Assembly (NCBI GenBank): GCA_008690995.1
Contig: VRMN01000001.1
Location: 1,054,001 to 1,118,000 of the forward strand
Reading direction: 5' to 3'
DNA length: 64,000 nucleotides
From: Porphyridium purpureum
Taxonomy: Eukaryota
Shown: piece after piece, positions 31,430-42,744 of the stretch
Numbering within the stretch: position 1 is the first letter of the stretch
Layout of the letters: each line of letters starts with the position of its first letter
Notes under the pieces: generated by a model
What the model was told of the DNA's origin: nothing
What the model saw: only the letters and a program-made list of their open reading frames with translations
The model's database searches: none
Position numbers and translations under genes: made by a program

Positions 31430-31719
31430 CCGCGCAAGTGGGTCGTATTGGTTGCGGTTCTGCAATAGAATGTGCCATGGGCTATGGTTTGTGGAGAGAA
31501 TAAATCCATTATGGCTTGTGGCGTCCCATTGATTCGTTCGCCCTGAGGTTCCGATGAATGCCTTTTTCGAGGGGTCTCCAACCAGATATTTAGCTTCATC
31601 TCCTCCTCGGGTATCGCGTCACGACAGTCGATGTTCAACACTTGATCATTCTGTAAATGTGTGATTTGCTTAGTCTCTTGCGCACTGATTCACGCATGAA
31701 ACTGCGCTGAAGAACGAGT

Positions 31720-32151
31720 TTACTCAGCCTGCTCTCTAAGGTATTCCTTGAGGAAGTCAAGACCCTTGCTCTGCTCACCAAAGTCCTTGACCACGACGCA
31801 AGAGGCCTTAACAGACTTGGTCACAATGCCTTGCTCGTCAACCTTTGCGAGCCCCGCCCACTCACCGAGCTGCATCTTCTCCGGAACCTTGACCAAGTTG
31901 ATCCCACGCTCGGCGCACAACGCCTCGACGAGGCGCGTGTAAGCCGGCTCGTCGCAGTCGGACGCGAGAACACAGAGCTGCGCCTCTCCACGATCCAGCG
32001 CCTTGGCGCACTCGCGCAGCCCGCGCAGCAGCCCATCGTGAATCAGCGCCTTCTTCAGCACCTCCTGCAGCGCCTTGGTGATGTCCATCTCGCCCTCATC
32101 GACGACCTCTGGCGCTGGCGCCGGCGCCGCCACTTCCATCTCTTCTGCCAT
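31720..32151 (-). CDS. RPS12: 40S ribosomal protein S12 (eS12)
   Basis: [46 protein letters not shown] at 32151. Confidence 0.97.
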   Translation of the reverse strand: MAEEMEVAAPAPAPEVVDEGEMDITKALQEVLKKALIHDGLLRGLRECAKALDRGEAQLCVLASDCDEPAYTRLVEALCAERGINLVKVPEKMQLGEWAGLAKVDEQGIVTKSVKASCVVVKDFGEQSKGLDFLKEYLREQAE

Positions 32152-32689
32152 GGCTGCTTCTGCCTTCCACCCGACCGTCTCGCCCGCGATTCGATTCACC
32201 ACACGTCGCCACCACCTGCTCTGAGGAGTCGGCGAGTCGCGCTATCAGAAAGCCTCTCACAACCAAGTGTCACCCAATCAGCGGTTCCTCCACAAGGTCG
32301 TGCGTGTCACTACTCCTTCTCCCTCTCTTCTCTGAGGCTCTATCCTTCTCCCCCTTTCCATCCTCACCCCTGGCCTTTTATCCTATTAATCCCGCTTTCT
32401 GTATAAAGACTGTTCTTTGTATACGAGATCCGGCGCCCGTTCGGTCATTCATTCGCGGTCGCCGTCGACTTTGGCGCAAAACAATAAGACCAGGACCCAC
32501 AGAACCCTAAACTGCGTTCACTTCGGTGTACAGTCATGGCATAAACCCTCGATATAACCAAACGCGTGGTTATGTCGAGGGTTGATGCGAGGTGGTGGTT
32601 GAGAGAAGGGGAATGCGCATGGTTGAGAGGCAGGGGATGCACGCGGCTGAGAGCGCGTGTGCTGGGATTGGCGCTGGACAAGCGGCGTT

Positions 32690-33787
32690 ATGGGCCGGAA
32701 GAGGAAGCGCGCCCGCGAAGTGGCCGAGGTTGCAGACGAAGAGCCGGAGGACCGTATCTTCTGCTACTACTGTAAGCGTGATTTCATCGACGAGCAGGTG
32801 CTACTGGCGCACCAGGCCCAGAAGCACTTTCGCTGCGCGACGTGTGGGAAAAGACTCGCCTCGGTTAAGGGACTCTGCGTGCATTCAGAAACACTGCATC
32901 GCATTGTGTTGAAGGAAGTGCCAAATGCAATACAAGGACGGAAAAACATTGATTCCGGCGTTCAAGTGCAAGGCATGCAGGGCATTCCCAAGTCTGCAAG
33001 AAAGACATGTTCCGACACAGAGCTGAGGCTGCCTAAAAGCGTGAGCACATGCAGCACAAAGCAAAAAGATGCCTCGAAAGCTCAACAGCTAGTCAACGCA
33101 TTTGATTCAGTAGGTCAGCAAACGCCCTCTCAACCTTTCTACGTACCAACAGATCATGCGGCAATGCTGCATCCAACGTCAGCCGGCGACACAGTTGTGG
33201 GCTCAGGAATACATCTACCCCATATGATGCCCTACACAGTGCCGTACGGACATGCATCCGTACCGCTGCAATTCCCAATGTACCACTGGCATCCTCCGGC
33301 CGCTGGCATTGGATATTCAAATGGCATAGCTGGAGGCGCATCCGCTCACGGAGTGAATTCTGGCGGCCTCTCTCATTCAGGGCTTCTTCAATTTTACGAT
33401 GGCTCAAGTGGTACTGATACTGCTCGCGCAGTGAGTGCGATATCGTCGTTGCCCGCCGGAGGACCGGAGACTCGTTCCCGTTTGGCCAGCCCGGCTCCTC
33501 CCGTGGCGGCATCAGTACCTGCGGATTCCATGGTGCAGCTCTACACGGACAACTTTGAATCAATGGTAAGTTCCTTGAGCAGTGCTTTTGTTTTCTTGTA
33601 CTTCCCCTTTGCCCTTGTATGACTGGATTGCAAGATGTACGACAAGAAGATTGGGACAAGCCATCTGACGAAAACTTGGTTTTTATCTTCTTCTTTTTTT
33701 TTTTTTTTTTCCCGCTCCGTGGCGTCTTCACAGGAAGAGAAGCGTACTAGGCAATACTACCGTAAGTTTGCCACGTGGCTTTCATAG
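32690..33787 (+). CDS. ZNF207/BuGZ/SUF4-like C2H2 zinc-finger protein; exons 32690-33565 and 33734-33787
   Basis: MGRKRK..FCYYCKRDFIDEQVLLAHQAQKHFRCATCGKRL; VQGMQGIP. Splicing restores the family C-terminal motif LYTDNFESM|EEKR. Confidence 0.88.
33566..33733 (+). other. Spliceosomal intron (168 nt)
   Basis: GTAAGT donor, CTGAC branch-like site at ~33665, long poly-T tract, CACAG acceptor; phase 0. Confidence 0.88.
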
Positions 33788-34115
33788 AAAGCCTTTGTGT
33801 ATCTTCAGTTGCCGACGATTGGTCTGTGCAGTTTCTCATCCACATGCATCATGGGATTGCCTTGTTTCTTGCGCTTCAGTTTGCGATTCGTATGCGATAT
33901 GTTAGTCCCGCGAATACTTGTAAGGAGATGCGGGTCTTTGAACATCAGAAATTTTCTTGTAGCTGATTTTACTTGTCAAGAGGCAGCAACATTTTCCCTC
34001 GCCACGACTCAGATGCACACACCATCGGGTTCATCATTACGATCTCCTGAAAGAAAAGTGCGTAGGTTCTAGCGCTCGTATCTGCAGCACATCTGAACAT
34101 CCTGCCGCCAGCCTT

Positions 34116-34709
34116 TCACGAATTGTGAATGTTCCATGTCATAAGGATGGCGTCGTCGTCCGGGGCGTGATAGTATTTCTTGCGACGTCCAACAACATGA
34201 AAGCCATTCCGTTCGTACAAGCGCACTGCCCCCTGATTCTGGGCCCGGACTTCAAGTGTGAGAAAGGCTAGTCCCAGCTCGTGTTCTGCAATTTCTTTCG
34301 CCCATACGAGCAATGCGGTTCCCACCCCGCGAGACCGCCAAGAGGTGTCTACCACAAGATTTAGCACGTGTCCTTCGTCCAGAACAGTCCAGACGCATAT
34401 CAGTCCAGCAAGATGCGAAGCCACGGATGGTTTGCCAGGATGGCTATCAAGAAAAGCACCTAGCACAAGTGACTCTTTCCGTATCAATTCACTTTCGTAG
34501 TCAGCACGGCACCAAAAGCTTCCATTCCAGGTTGCCGCGTCCAGCTTCCAGCATGCATCCAAATCAGAAACTTTCAAACGACGAATGGACCGCTCGCACA
34601 TACGAGGCAAGCACCTTTGCTCACAGCTTCGCCTCGTTTCCCTCTCTTTCCCCCCGAAGTGCAAAACAAGTCCAGCGCTAAAGCAAATGGAAGAACGGTT
34701 CTCAGTCAT
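34116..34709 (-). CDS. rimI: RimI-like GNAT N-acetyltransferase (bacterial type)
   Basis: LDEGHVLNLVV..WRSRGVG; LTLEVRAQNQGAVRLYERNGF..VGRRKKYY..DDAILM. Alternative ATG at 34601. Confidence 0.85.
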   Translation of the reverse strand: MTENRSSICFSAGLVLHFGGKERETRRSCEQRCLPRMCERSIRRLKVSDLDACWKLDAATWNGSFWCRADYESELIRKESLVLGAFLDSHPGKPSVASHLAGLICVWTVLDEGHVLNLVVDTSWRSRGVGTALLVWAKEIAEHELGLAFLTLEVRAQNQGAVRLYERNGFHVVGRRKKYYHAPDDDAILMTWNIHNS

Positions 34710-34804
34710 GCTGAATCAACTTCGAGCAAAATCAATTCCTGCAAAGAGGCTAACCGTTCGAAGGAAAGCGTCCAAGTTCTGTTGTCTCTTCGTTAGAGTC
34801 CGGC

Positions 34805-35689
34805 TCAGTCCTGCAAAAATATCTGTCTCGCCACCAAAAATTTTGGTCTGTGCTTCGCTTTCGCAACTTTGCCCCCTGCAGTTGACGGAGCAGGAACTCG
34901 CTGGAAGTAAGACGTGATTTTTCGCGTAGATGTATTTGCCTTGGTCGACCCAAAAACAAATTCGTCTTGCTCGTTCTCAGATTCTCGCCACGATACTGAA
35001 ACAGCACCTTCCGACTCGAGGAGCGAGGGAATTGTCGACCAGCTGAAACGCACCAAATTTGGGAATCCAAACACCGGATGAAGATGCGCGCGCAACCAGG
35101 CCTTTGTGCTTGGATCGCCTGGATATCCCGATCCAAACACCCGACCGTAGGAATTCGCTCGCGCGCCTGAGAATTGCCACTCGCTCAGAATCCGATCACG
35201 AGTGACCTTCACCACAATGCTGGCCGCACTCACGACGGGAAACAGGTGATCAGCCTTTTTCGATACCACCACTTTCCTGATACGTGGAAAGCGGGACTGC
35301 AACAGGCTCTCGTACTTTTCGGGCGGTCCGACCGTGTCTACGTACAATTCGGTAATGTTGATACCCTGCGCAAGCGCGCGCTCCACCAAGCCAATGGCCG
35401 AGTCGTGTGAAAGTTTGTTCAAACTGACCCGTTTGACTGCTAGCATCTGCTCGCTGATAAGCTCAGCTGACAGCACATCAATGACAGACATGCACTCTGC
35501 GCTCTGTTCGATTCGCGAATACAGTGCCTCGCGTGACGCAGCTGATATTTGCTTGGAATCGTCGCAGCCCCAGTCGCGCAATTCGGACACGCGTGCAGCC
35601 GGATAAGCTGCCCCGGCGTAAACAAGAGGACCAAGAACTGGCCCACGTCCCGCTTCGTCAATGCCAAACGCAAAGGCGGTCCGACTCAT
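34805..35689 (-). CDS. RNASEH2A: Ribonuclease H2 catalytic subunit A
   Basis: GIDEAGRGPVLGP, DDSK, YVDTVG, KKAD..VSAASIVVKVTRD, GSGYPGDP, FGFPNLVRFSW. Confidence 0.97.
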   Translation of the reverse strand: MSRTAFAFGIDEAGRGPVLGPLVYAGAAYPAARVSELRDWGCDDSKQISAASREALYSRIEQSAECMSVIDVLSAELISEQMLAVKRVSLNKLSHDSAIGLVERALAQGINITELYVDTVGPPEKYESLLQSRFPRIRKVVVSKKADHLFPVVSAASIVVKVTRDRILSEWQFSGARANSYGRVFGSGYPGDPSTKAWLRAHLHPVFGFPNLVRFSWSTIPSLLESEGAVSVSWRESENEQDEFVFGSTKANTSTRKITSYFQRVPAPSTAGGKVAKAKHRPKFLVARQIFLQD

Positions 35690-36115
35690 CCTTGATCATT
35701 CGGCCGTGACCGATCAAGTTCAGGGAGCCTTTTTCTACTTTTGGAGAGCTCGAGTCCTCCATGCATCCGATATAACAGGGGAGACAACAGGATTGGAGGA
35801 AATCGGAAGTGTGCTAAAACAAAAGCCAGAAGCATGCATGAATCTTTATTCGGAACGAAGGTCGGTCAAACATAGAGTGCAGACTTGCAAGAAGAAGAAT
35901 TGCAAATGCCGCACGCAAAGAAGGACGAGTAATACCTCAGGCAGATTCCCCAGTTAAACCACAGAAGTCAGATAATACGGCACCGCTCGACGCAAGCAAA
36001 TACCTTGTCCGCGAAAAGAAATGGACACATCCTTATGAGTAGATTCTAGCGCCTCCATCAGCCTTGTCATGACTCTTCAGTTCTCAATGCCACGCCGTAA
36101 ATGTTACACCGAAAA

Positions 36116-39100
36116 TTAATCGCTATCCCCTTCATCCAACATTTTCAATAGGTCCTCGTCACTGTCACTGGCATCACCGGCAACCGCTTCCTGCCGCAGG
36201 CGCGGCTTTTTTCGAGAGGACGAACCCATGGCACCTGCTTCTTTGACGCGTGGAGCCTGCTTTCGCCGCTTCTTGGGCTTTTCCGGCACGGGCGTAGCTC
36301 CTCCTTCTTCGTCCGACCCATGCTCGGACCCGTCAGCGGCAGTCGCAGACCCGCGGCGACCTCCAACTCGCTCGCCCACCTGCCGCATCGCATCCTCCTG
36401 CACACGCTTCACTTCGGCCTTGACCTCCTCTATGCGCACCATCTGTTCCAGCCTTTCTCGCTCGGCACGCTCATGCTCTTCCTGCTCGCGCTGCTTCCGC
36501 TCGTTCTCCTCACGCTGCAGCTGTTCCTGCTTCGCCGCACGAGCACGCTGTTTCACGTTTTCGGCATCCAGCGCGTTGCTGTGCTTGATGTTTGCCTGCC
36601 TTGCCATAGCCTTGCACCACTGGTAACAATGATCGGCGTCCTGGCCATGCTTCCGGGTCCACCTTTCGCCCGCTGGACCGCCCATCTGAGACTCGGTTGT
36701 CTTTGCGCCCTCACGCAACTTGTTCCAAATGCGCATGGCGCGGTCAAAATACATGGCACCGCGGCGCAGTCCCTCGAGCGTTTGGTTGTGCGTTCTGACA
36801 AGGATTTCGGCGGCTTCCATGAGACATAATGCCAGAGCGAACCAAACTGTCAAGTACTGCGGCGCCCAGTGAACGCATTGCTGGAAGCAGTGTATGCCTT
36901 GCTCGTACTTTCCATTCCGGTAGTGACAGCGACCCAAGAGGTACAAGAGCTGCAGACGCGTGCAGCCAGCTACCTTCTCGACACTGCCATCTTGGAAACT
37001 CTGAAGTGCTTCAGTGTATAGTGCGGTGGCTTGATCGAACGAAGCGCTCGCAAGCCGGTTCCGCTCCTCCTCAGCCACCATCTCCTCGCCCAAAATCCGA
37101 ATGCCGGTTTCCAGTTGCGAGTGCGCTAGGTTCACTTTCGCTGCAGCTCCAGCCACAGGGTGCGTCACGATTTGTTGAAAACAGTCGCGCGCATCTTCCA
37201 CCATGCCCGATTCCATGTAGAAGCAGCCCAACGCACCGACCGCCAGCACGTTGCTGGGGTTCTCTTTCATCACCTTATACAAACGAGTCCCGATCTGTTC
37301 GAGCATTTTAGCCTTGCGCTTCGGCTCTAGGCTCGACAAGTGGTCCAAGAGAAAGCAGATCAACGCAATCTGTGAATAGGCATCACCGCTCTTATTTACG
37401 GTCTCCTCCAGCGCATGCTGCAGCGCCTTGTACTGCTTCTTCTTGCCCTGCAGAGCAATCAGGAAGCCATTCGAGACAACTTTGGCCTGATCACAGAGCG
37501 AACCCAGCTCCGCGGCTTTCTTCAAAGCCTCTCGAAAGTAACGCTCAGCCTCCTCATAGTTGGCAACTTTCTCGTACATGCACCCAAGTCGTGTGTAGGC
37601 CTCTGGATAATTCGGGTACACAACCAAAAATTGCTCATATGCTTCCATGGCCTCCGGATGACCGGACATTTCCATGAGTCGGCAGATATTGTACTCTACG
37701 ATAGCTAAATGAGCAACAAGTACTTCCGACACCGGCAAGCGCTTGGCCGCAATAGCAGCGGCTCGCATCATTTCTAAGCCCCTGACGGGTTCACTTCGAC
37801 CCACCAGTGCGCCAGCGTTGCAAATGAGCTGATATGGTGCTTCGTGAATCCCACCCAGCGCTTCAATAGCTTCTTCAAAGTACTTCAAAGCTATCTCGGG
37901 CTTGTCTACGCCGCGGGCGTCCGCCAATAGCATTGCGTAAGAAGCAAGTGCAGAATAATGCACAAGGCGCTGCCCTTGTTCCGCACTGACGATGAACTCA
38001 TTTTCGTCGCCAGCCGAAGAAAAATCAAGACCTTCACACAAAAACTTCATTGCCTTATTCCGTAATTCGTCATACTTGCGCCTTTCACTCACCATTGCTG
38101 CCGCAATTTTGCTGCTGCTTCCACCGGCTTTCTCGCTGGCCAAAGCCTTGCTCTCATTGAGCCGAATCTTCTTCTTGCAGGCTAGGCTGTAATACGCAAC
38201 ACCAAGAGCGCGTTTGCCGATCGAGGACCGAAACTCCTCACCTAAATGCTTCTGATACCACTCAGTCAGAGTCTCAAGAACCTGAATAGCTTCTTCCTCT
38301 CCGTCTGGATCAGAGCCAAGCAAAATGAGAGCCAAATTGAGGCGCGCAGATGGATGCACGGCAGCAAGGTCCGTCCCCACCAGTGCGTGGTTTGATGACC
38401 CCGCCGCTGCGCTGCTACCTGCGACGGCTGCGCGCTTCACCGACAACGAATTGAAAGTATCTACCAGCTCAATCGCCTCACGGTACCGCGCCTGTGCGTC
38501 AGTGAAATCGCCCGTGGCATGCAGCGCCCTTGCATATTGGAAAATGATGTCCGCGTGCCTGGTAACGCTGAACGCGCTTTGCCGTTGCCTGTCTTTGTTT
38601 GAAGCTGCTTCTGCTAATTCAAGCTCAAAGACTTCAAGGGCTCGCGCTGCGTGTCTTTTCGCCGCATGAACGTCGCCTTCAAGGAAGCACACTTCCGCGA
38701 GCATGGCCGGCGCGCGTGGATCTTCTCGGATTCCCAACTGCTCGCATGGTCCTACGCACTCAATCAAGCACTCGAGTGCTACGTGAGCATGCCGCAAGCC
38801 CTCAGCCTTTCCCTTCGGATTGAGCATGCATGGAGCTGCCTCCCGAAGTTGGAAAGTTGCCGCAGCGACCAGAGCCTCCGTGCGCTCGCGTGATCCCGGC
38901 GTTGCATTGTTTGCAACAAATTCCATGATCTGATAAGCCGATTCATAGTGCGCTTGATACGCCAGGCAATACCCCAAAGCAATCCAAACGCCCGGCGGTA
39001 CGCGCATTTCGTGAATTAATCCAGCAATGATCTCTGCGGCTTCCTTGTATTCACCCTTGCGCATCAGCAGTGCCGCCTTCCCTGTACACAAGACCAGGCT

Positions 39101-39667
39101 CTTTTTCTCAATCTTCTGCTCCTTGCGCAAGTTTTCGGCTGATGTAAACAGCGAGTCCGCCACCTCCCAGTTTTTCAGAATCAAGTTGAACCATGCTTTA
39201 GCTTCCCAGGCAAGGCTGTTCTCCAAAGACAGGTTCTGAGCCAGTGTGTAGTACTGGTCTGCTTGCATCATCTTACTGTCGTTTACCTTACCATCCAAAC
39301 TCGCCAAGGCGTCCATACACGCGCAATGGCCCAGCGCAACATACACTGTGATCTTCTGCTCCCTACTTAATTTGAGTTGTGAGGCGTCATCCTCGAGTGC
39401 CGCTAGCAACCGTGCCGCCCCGGTACGATTACCTGAATCCAGCAAGAACTTGACCGCCGCCGTCCATACCACAAACGGCGCGCGAGCGTCTCGCAGGCGC
39501 TGCACGGCTTCGTCCGGTTTCCACCGAATCAGATCCCATTCCAGAACGGCACTGTCACTCGAATCGGCTTCCTCGTCTACGGGGGATCCCAAGCCTCCGC
39601 GTAGTTCGAGGCCGTGTGCCTTCTCACCCACTGCGGCTCCCTCAGCGATCCCATTCGCGACACGCAT
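36116..39667 (-). CDS. CTR9: TPR protein, Paf1-complex subunit CTR9 (divergent)
   Basis: Many TPRs; YPNYPEAYTRLG; NPSNVLAVGALG..DARDCFQQI; VNLAH; long charged helix followed by an acidic/basic tail. Confidence 0.8.
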   Translation of the reverse strand: MRVANGIAEGAAVGEKAHGLELRGGLGSPVDEEADSSDSAVLEWDLIRWKPDEAVQRLRDARAPFVVWTAAVKFLLDSGNRTGAARLLAALEDDASQLKLSREQKITVYVALGHCACMDALASLDGKVNDSKMMQADQYYTLAQNLSLENSLAWEAKAWFNLILKNWEVADSLFTSAENLRKEQKIEKKSLVLCTGKAALLMRKGEYKEAAEIIAGLIHEMRVPPGVWIALGYCLAYQAHYESAYQIMEFVANNATPGSRERTEALVAAATFQLREAAPCMLNPKGKAEGLRHAHVALECLIECVGPCEQLGIREDPRAPAMLAEVCFLEGDVHAAKRHAARALEVFELELAEAASNKDRQRQSAFSVTRHADIIFQYARALHATGDFTDAQARYREAIELVDTFNSLSVKRAAVAGSSAAAGSSNHALVGTDLAAVHPSARLNLALILLGSDPDGEEEAIQVLETLTEWYQKHLGEEFRSSIGKRALGVAYYSLACKKKIRLNESKALASEKAGGSSSKIAAAMVSERRKYDELRNKAMKFLCEGLDFSSAGDENEFIVSAEQGQRLVHYSALASYAMLLADARGVDKPEIALKYFEEAIEALGGIHEAPYQLICNAGALVGRSEPVRGLEMMRAAAIAAKRLPVSEVLVAHLAIVEYNICRLMEMSGHPEAMEAYEQFLVVYPNYPEAYTRLGCMYEKVANYEEAERYFREALKKAAELGSLCDQAKVVSNGFLIALQGKKKQYKALQHALEETVNKSGDAYSQIALICFLLDHLSSLEPKRKAKMLEQIGTRLYKVMKENPSNVLAVGALGCFYMESGMVEDARDCFQQIVTHPVAGAAAKVNLAHSQLETGIRILGEEMVAEEERNRLASASFDQATALYTEALQSFQDGSVEKVAGCTRLQLLYLLGRCHYRNGKYEQGIHCFQQCVHWAPQYLTVWFALALCLMEAAEILVRTHNQTLEGLRRGAMYFDRAMRIWNKLREGAKTTESQMGGPAGERWTRKHGQDADHCYQWCKAMARQANIKHSNALDAENVKQRARAAKQEQLQREENERKQREQEEHERAERERLEQMVRIEEVKAEVKRVQEDAMRQVGERVGGRRGSATAADGSEHGSDEEGGATPVPEKPKKRRKQAPRVKEAGAMGSSSRKKPRLRQEAVAGDASDSDEDLLKMLDEGDSD

Positions 39668-39811
39668 GACTCACGTTTCTTTCGTCCCTGCCCTTCCCGA
39701 TCGATTCTGGCACATAACCGTGAAACATGGTGGCGACGAAGGCAACAGTATCCGGTTTTCTGGAAAGCTTTTCATGGTGTTGTAGCGTGGCCCGGCTCTC
39801 GTCGGTTGGTG

Positions 39812-41095
39812 ATGGGACAAGTGGTGGATGGTCGGTCCGCACTCACTGGATACAATGCCGAAGAGGCGCTTATTTTGACTCACTGTCAGACTCGTTCGGG
39901 CGCTGTCTTGCAAGAACTGACGGCCAGGTTGCTCATGCGCTTGTATAAGGCTGTGTGGGAGGGAAATGCGACAGTGCTGCGCGAAATAAAGCACATCGGT
40001 GCCCGTTTCATTAATGTTGATGAGGAGGAAGAGGAAAGCGGCCTCACGCCTTTGATGCTAGCCGCTCAGCGAGGGTATGCCGATTGTGTTCGCGTTCTCG
40101 TGGATGAGTGTGGCGCGCAAGTCAATCTGGAAGTGCGTGGACACACGGCACTGAGCTTTGCGGCAGAAAATGGACATCCTATGTGCGCAGAGGCTCTTTT
40201 GACACGCGGTGCACATGTCGAGCCGTCTAACAATGCTCTCCAAAGCGCTCTCATGAGGGCGATCAAATCTGGCTCGGCAGCGTGCGTTCGTCTTCTACTA
40301 GAATTCGGAGCGGACGTGGAGAGGACAGACGCGACTCATACATCTCTTCTGATGTATGCTGCTGAGATGAAATTGCGCGAAAGCCTGGCATGTCTCCATT
40401 TGATGCTCAAACACGGTGCGAACGTCAGCGCACGGTGTGCCCTGGACCGGACGGCGCTTTTCCACGCGGTCGAATCGATCGAGAACACAAGTGCTCTTCT
40501 CGAGTACGGTGCGAAAGTTGATATTGTTGATCAGTGTGGCACCACAGCTTTGATGGAGGCGGCTTGTTCCGGTCAGGGAAAAGTCGTGTTGGCGCTCGTC
40601 AAGTACAACAACATCAATGCTCATGCGGTCGATCGAAGCGGGCGCTCCGCTCTGCACTGGCTCGCTCTCCGTGACAGTTATTTAGTGCCCGGTTCGACGG
40701 CTACATCGAGAACACAGGGGGATGGTTTCACGCGACTTGCTTATGCGCTGCTGCGCGCAGGTGCACCGCTGGACGGCGTCGACTGTCTTGGTAGGACTGC
40801 ATTGGATATCCTGGCAGGATGCGCCACTGACGGTGTAATCTTTGAGCAGCAATTTAACTTTCTTGCCTGCATGGGTGCCAACATCAATGTGGGCATTGCA
40901 AATCATCGCAAGCGAACGGTGCTTATGCGTCTCTTGTCAAACGGCTGCGAAGAAAATCTGAGCGAGGCTATGCGGCGGCCGATCTCCGCCGCCATTGAGT
41001 ATCCGATGGTCCTGTTCGGCAGCCGCCTGACCAGAAAGCATATTCAGCGCCTTCTTCTAGAGTTCCCGTTCGCGGAAGGGTATTCGGAAGAATGA
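39812..41095 (+). CDS. Ankyrin-repeat protein
   Basis: GLTPLMLAAQRG, GHTALSFAAENGH, GTTALMEAA, GRSALHW and further repeats. First ATG at 39812. Confidence 0.9.
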   Translation: MGQVVDGRSALTGYNAEEALILTHCQTRSGAVLQELTARLLMRLYKAVWEGNATVLREIKHIGARFINVDEEEEESGLTPLMLAAQRGYADCVRVLVDECGAQVNLEVRGHTALSFAAENGHPMCAEALLTRGAHVEPSNNALQSALMRAIKSGSAACVRLLLEFGADVERTDATHTSLLMYAAEMKLRESLACLHLMLKHGANVSARCALDRTALFHAVESIENTSALLEYGAKVDIVDQCGTTALMEAACSGQGKVVLALVKYNNINAHAVDRSGRSALHWLALRDSYLVPGSTATSRTQGDGFTRLAYALLRAGAPLDGVDCLGRTALDILAGCATDGVIFEQQFNFLACMGANINVGIANHRKRTVLMRLLSNGCEENLSEAMRRPISAAIEYPMVLFGSRLTRKHIQRLLLEFPFAEGYSEE

Positions 41096-41748
41096 AGAGC
41101 ATTGTTTTGGAACTTTTCCCTGACTGGAGGTGACTTGCGTTCACGATACTTCATTGACGTAGGGAGGGGCTCTTCGAATTCAACGAATTGCATGTTGTGC
41201 ATCTTGTCAGTATGCTGATGATTGGAATAGAAAGCACGTCAGAGACTCTGTCTGGTTCTCGCCATAGTGTCTAAGCAAACTGAACGTTAGCTATGCTCCG
41301 GACTCTGATGACTATATGGCATTAGACCACTTTACCACGTAGCTAACAACAGGAATTCCGTGCGTCTAGAGCAAACACGGCGACAAAGTCGCCAGACCAA
41401 TTATCGTTCCGAAGTATTACCACTCAAGTGGAAAGGCAGACCACAGTGATTTCAGGTGCCGGTCGCAGAGGCCGACGACACCGCATGGAGCCCGAGATGC
41501 CGGATGCGTGCAATGTCGAGTTGCGTCCGTGGGGTCTGCCCTGCTTCGCGGATGTGCCAACCCCACTCACTGAACACTAGCTGTACACATAACGCTCGAT
41601 CATCTGCGGGTACAGCGTGACCACATGGACAGTCCGTGCATTGCAGTACACCATAAATGCATCCATCGCGACGATTCCATGTGGAGGAGCAAGAAGTGTC
41701 GAAGGTTGCTCGGCGAGGAGAGCGATCGGACAGGCCGACAGTGCAAAC

Positions 41749-42462
41749 ATGGAGAAACGCGTGCTGCTCTTCTTCAAGGCGACCGAGTATTACCATGAGA
41801 GTATCCCGGACGCCATCTGTGCGTTTCTTAAAATTGCGCGGCGCCATGGTATTGGCGCCACGGCCACGGATGACGCGTCGCTGTTCAAGAATTTGCAGCG
41901 CTCGAAGTACCAGGCTGTGGTGTTCGTGAGCAATTCTGGCGAGTTGTTCAACGATGAGGAAAAGGCAGGCCTCGTCAACTATGTGGAGGAACAGGGCGGG
42001 GCCATCCTCGGCCTGCACGGCGCGCTTGCGTCGTTCTTGAACGTTGTTGACCATTCCGGTGCAACGCCGGCTTCCGGGACGTGGGATTGGTATGGTGACT
42101 TGTTGCAGGCTTACTTTCGATCGCATCCGCCGATTCAAACTGGCGTTGTGAGGACAAACAAGTCTGGAATGGAGGCGCTGGGTATTTGTCTGCCTGCCGA
42201 ATACGAGCTTGAAGATGAATGGTACAACTACGACCGTAATCCGGCTCAAAATGCAAAAGTGACCGTGCTGGCCTGGGCCGATGAAAGCACGTATCAAGGT
42301 GGCGAAATGGGCGAGACGCATCCAGTGATCTGGTACCACCGATTCGGGCCTCGGAATAGCAAGGTATTTTTCACCGCCCTTGGTCATTTGGACTGGCATT
42401 ACAAATTGGAGTCACATGTTCATGTCCTTGAAAAGGCTCTTCTTTGGCTGCTGACCGAGTAG
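41749..42462 (+). CDS. ThuA-like (class I glutamine amidotransferase-fold) protein, bacterial type
   Basis: RVLLFFKATEYYHESIP, YQAVVFVSNSGE, GGAILGLHGA, WDWYGDL..YFRSHP, DEWYNY, DESTYQGGEMG..HPVIWY, VFFTALGH. Confidence 0.9.
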   Translation: MEKRVLLFFKATEYYHESIPDAICAFLKIARRHGIGATATDDASLFKNLQRSKYQAVVFVSNSGELFNDEEKAGLVNYVEEQGGAILGLHGALASFLNVVDHSGATPASGTWDWYGDLLQAYFRSHPPIQTGVVRTNKSGMEALGICLPAEYELEDEWYNYDRNPAQNAKVTVLAWADESTYQGGEMGETHPVIWYHRFGPRNSKVFFTALGHLDWHYKLESHVHVLEKALLWLLTE

Positions 42463-42744
42463 CGCTTCTACTAGAACCGGCAGGGTGAAGGCGCATGACC
42501 TTGAGCCGCAACAGCCGAGGCCGCCGAAAGGTAAGGAACTTGAGTGAATGATACTTTACTTGACGCCGAGGCAGCACGATAACAATTTGTAGAAGTATGG
42601 AGCGGTCTGTGCGCTCCTTACGATAACAATTCATCACAGATTAGCGATTTCGTACGAATTACATTGGTTTGTTGTTATGAAAGAAAGCAAAGAATAAAAG
42701 AGGTCTGCGCGCCCGCGCTGCGAGATCATTCACGGGCAGCAAAC

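Noticed and set aside
7288..34709. Apparent cluster of N-terminal modification genes (NMT1, NAA35, rimI) and ubiquitin genes (ZFAND1-like, ZUP1)
   Set aside because: Interspersed with unrelated genes; compatible with chance in a gene-dense eukaryote
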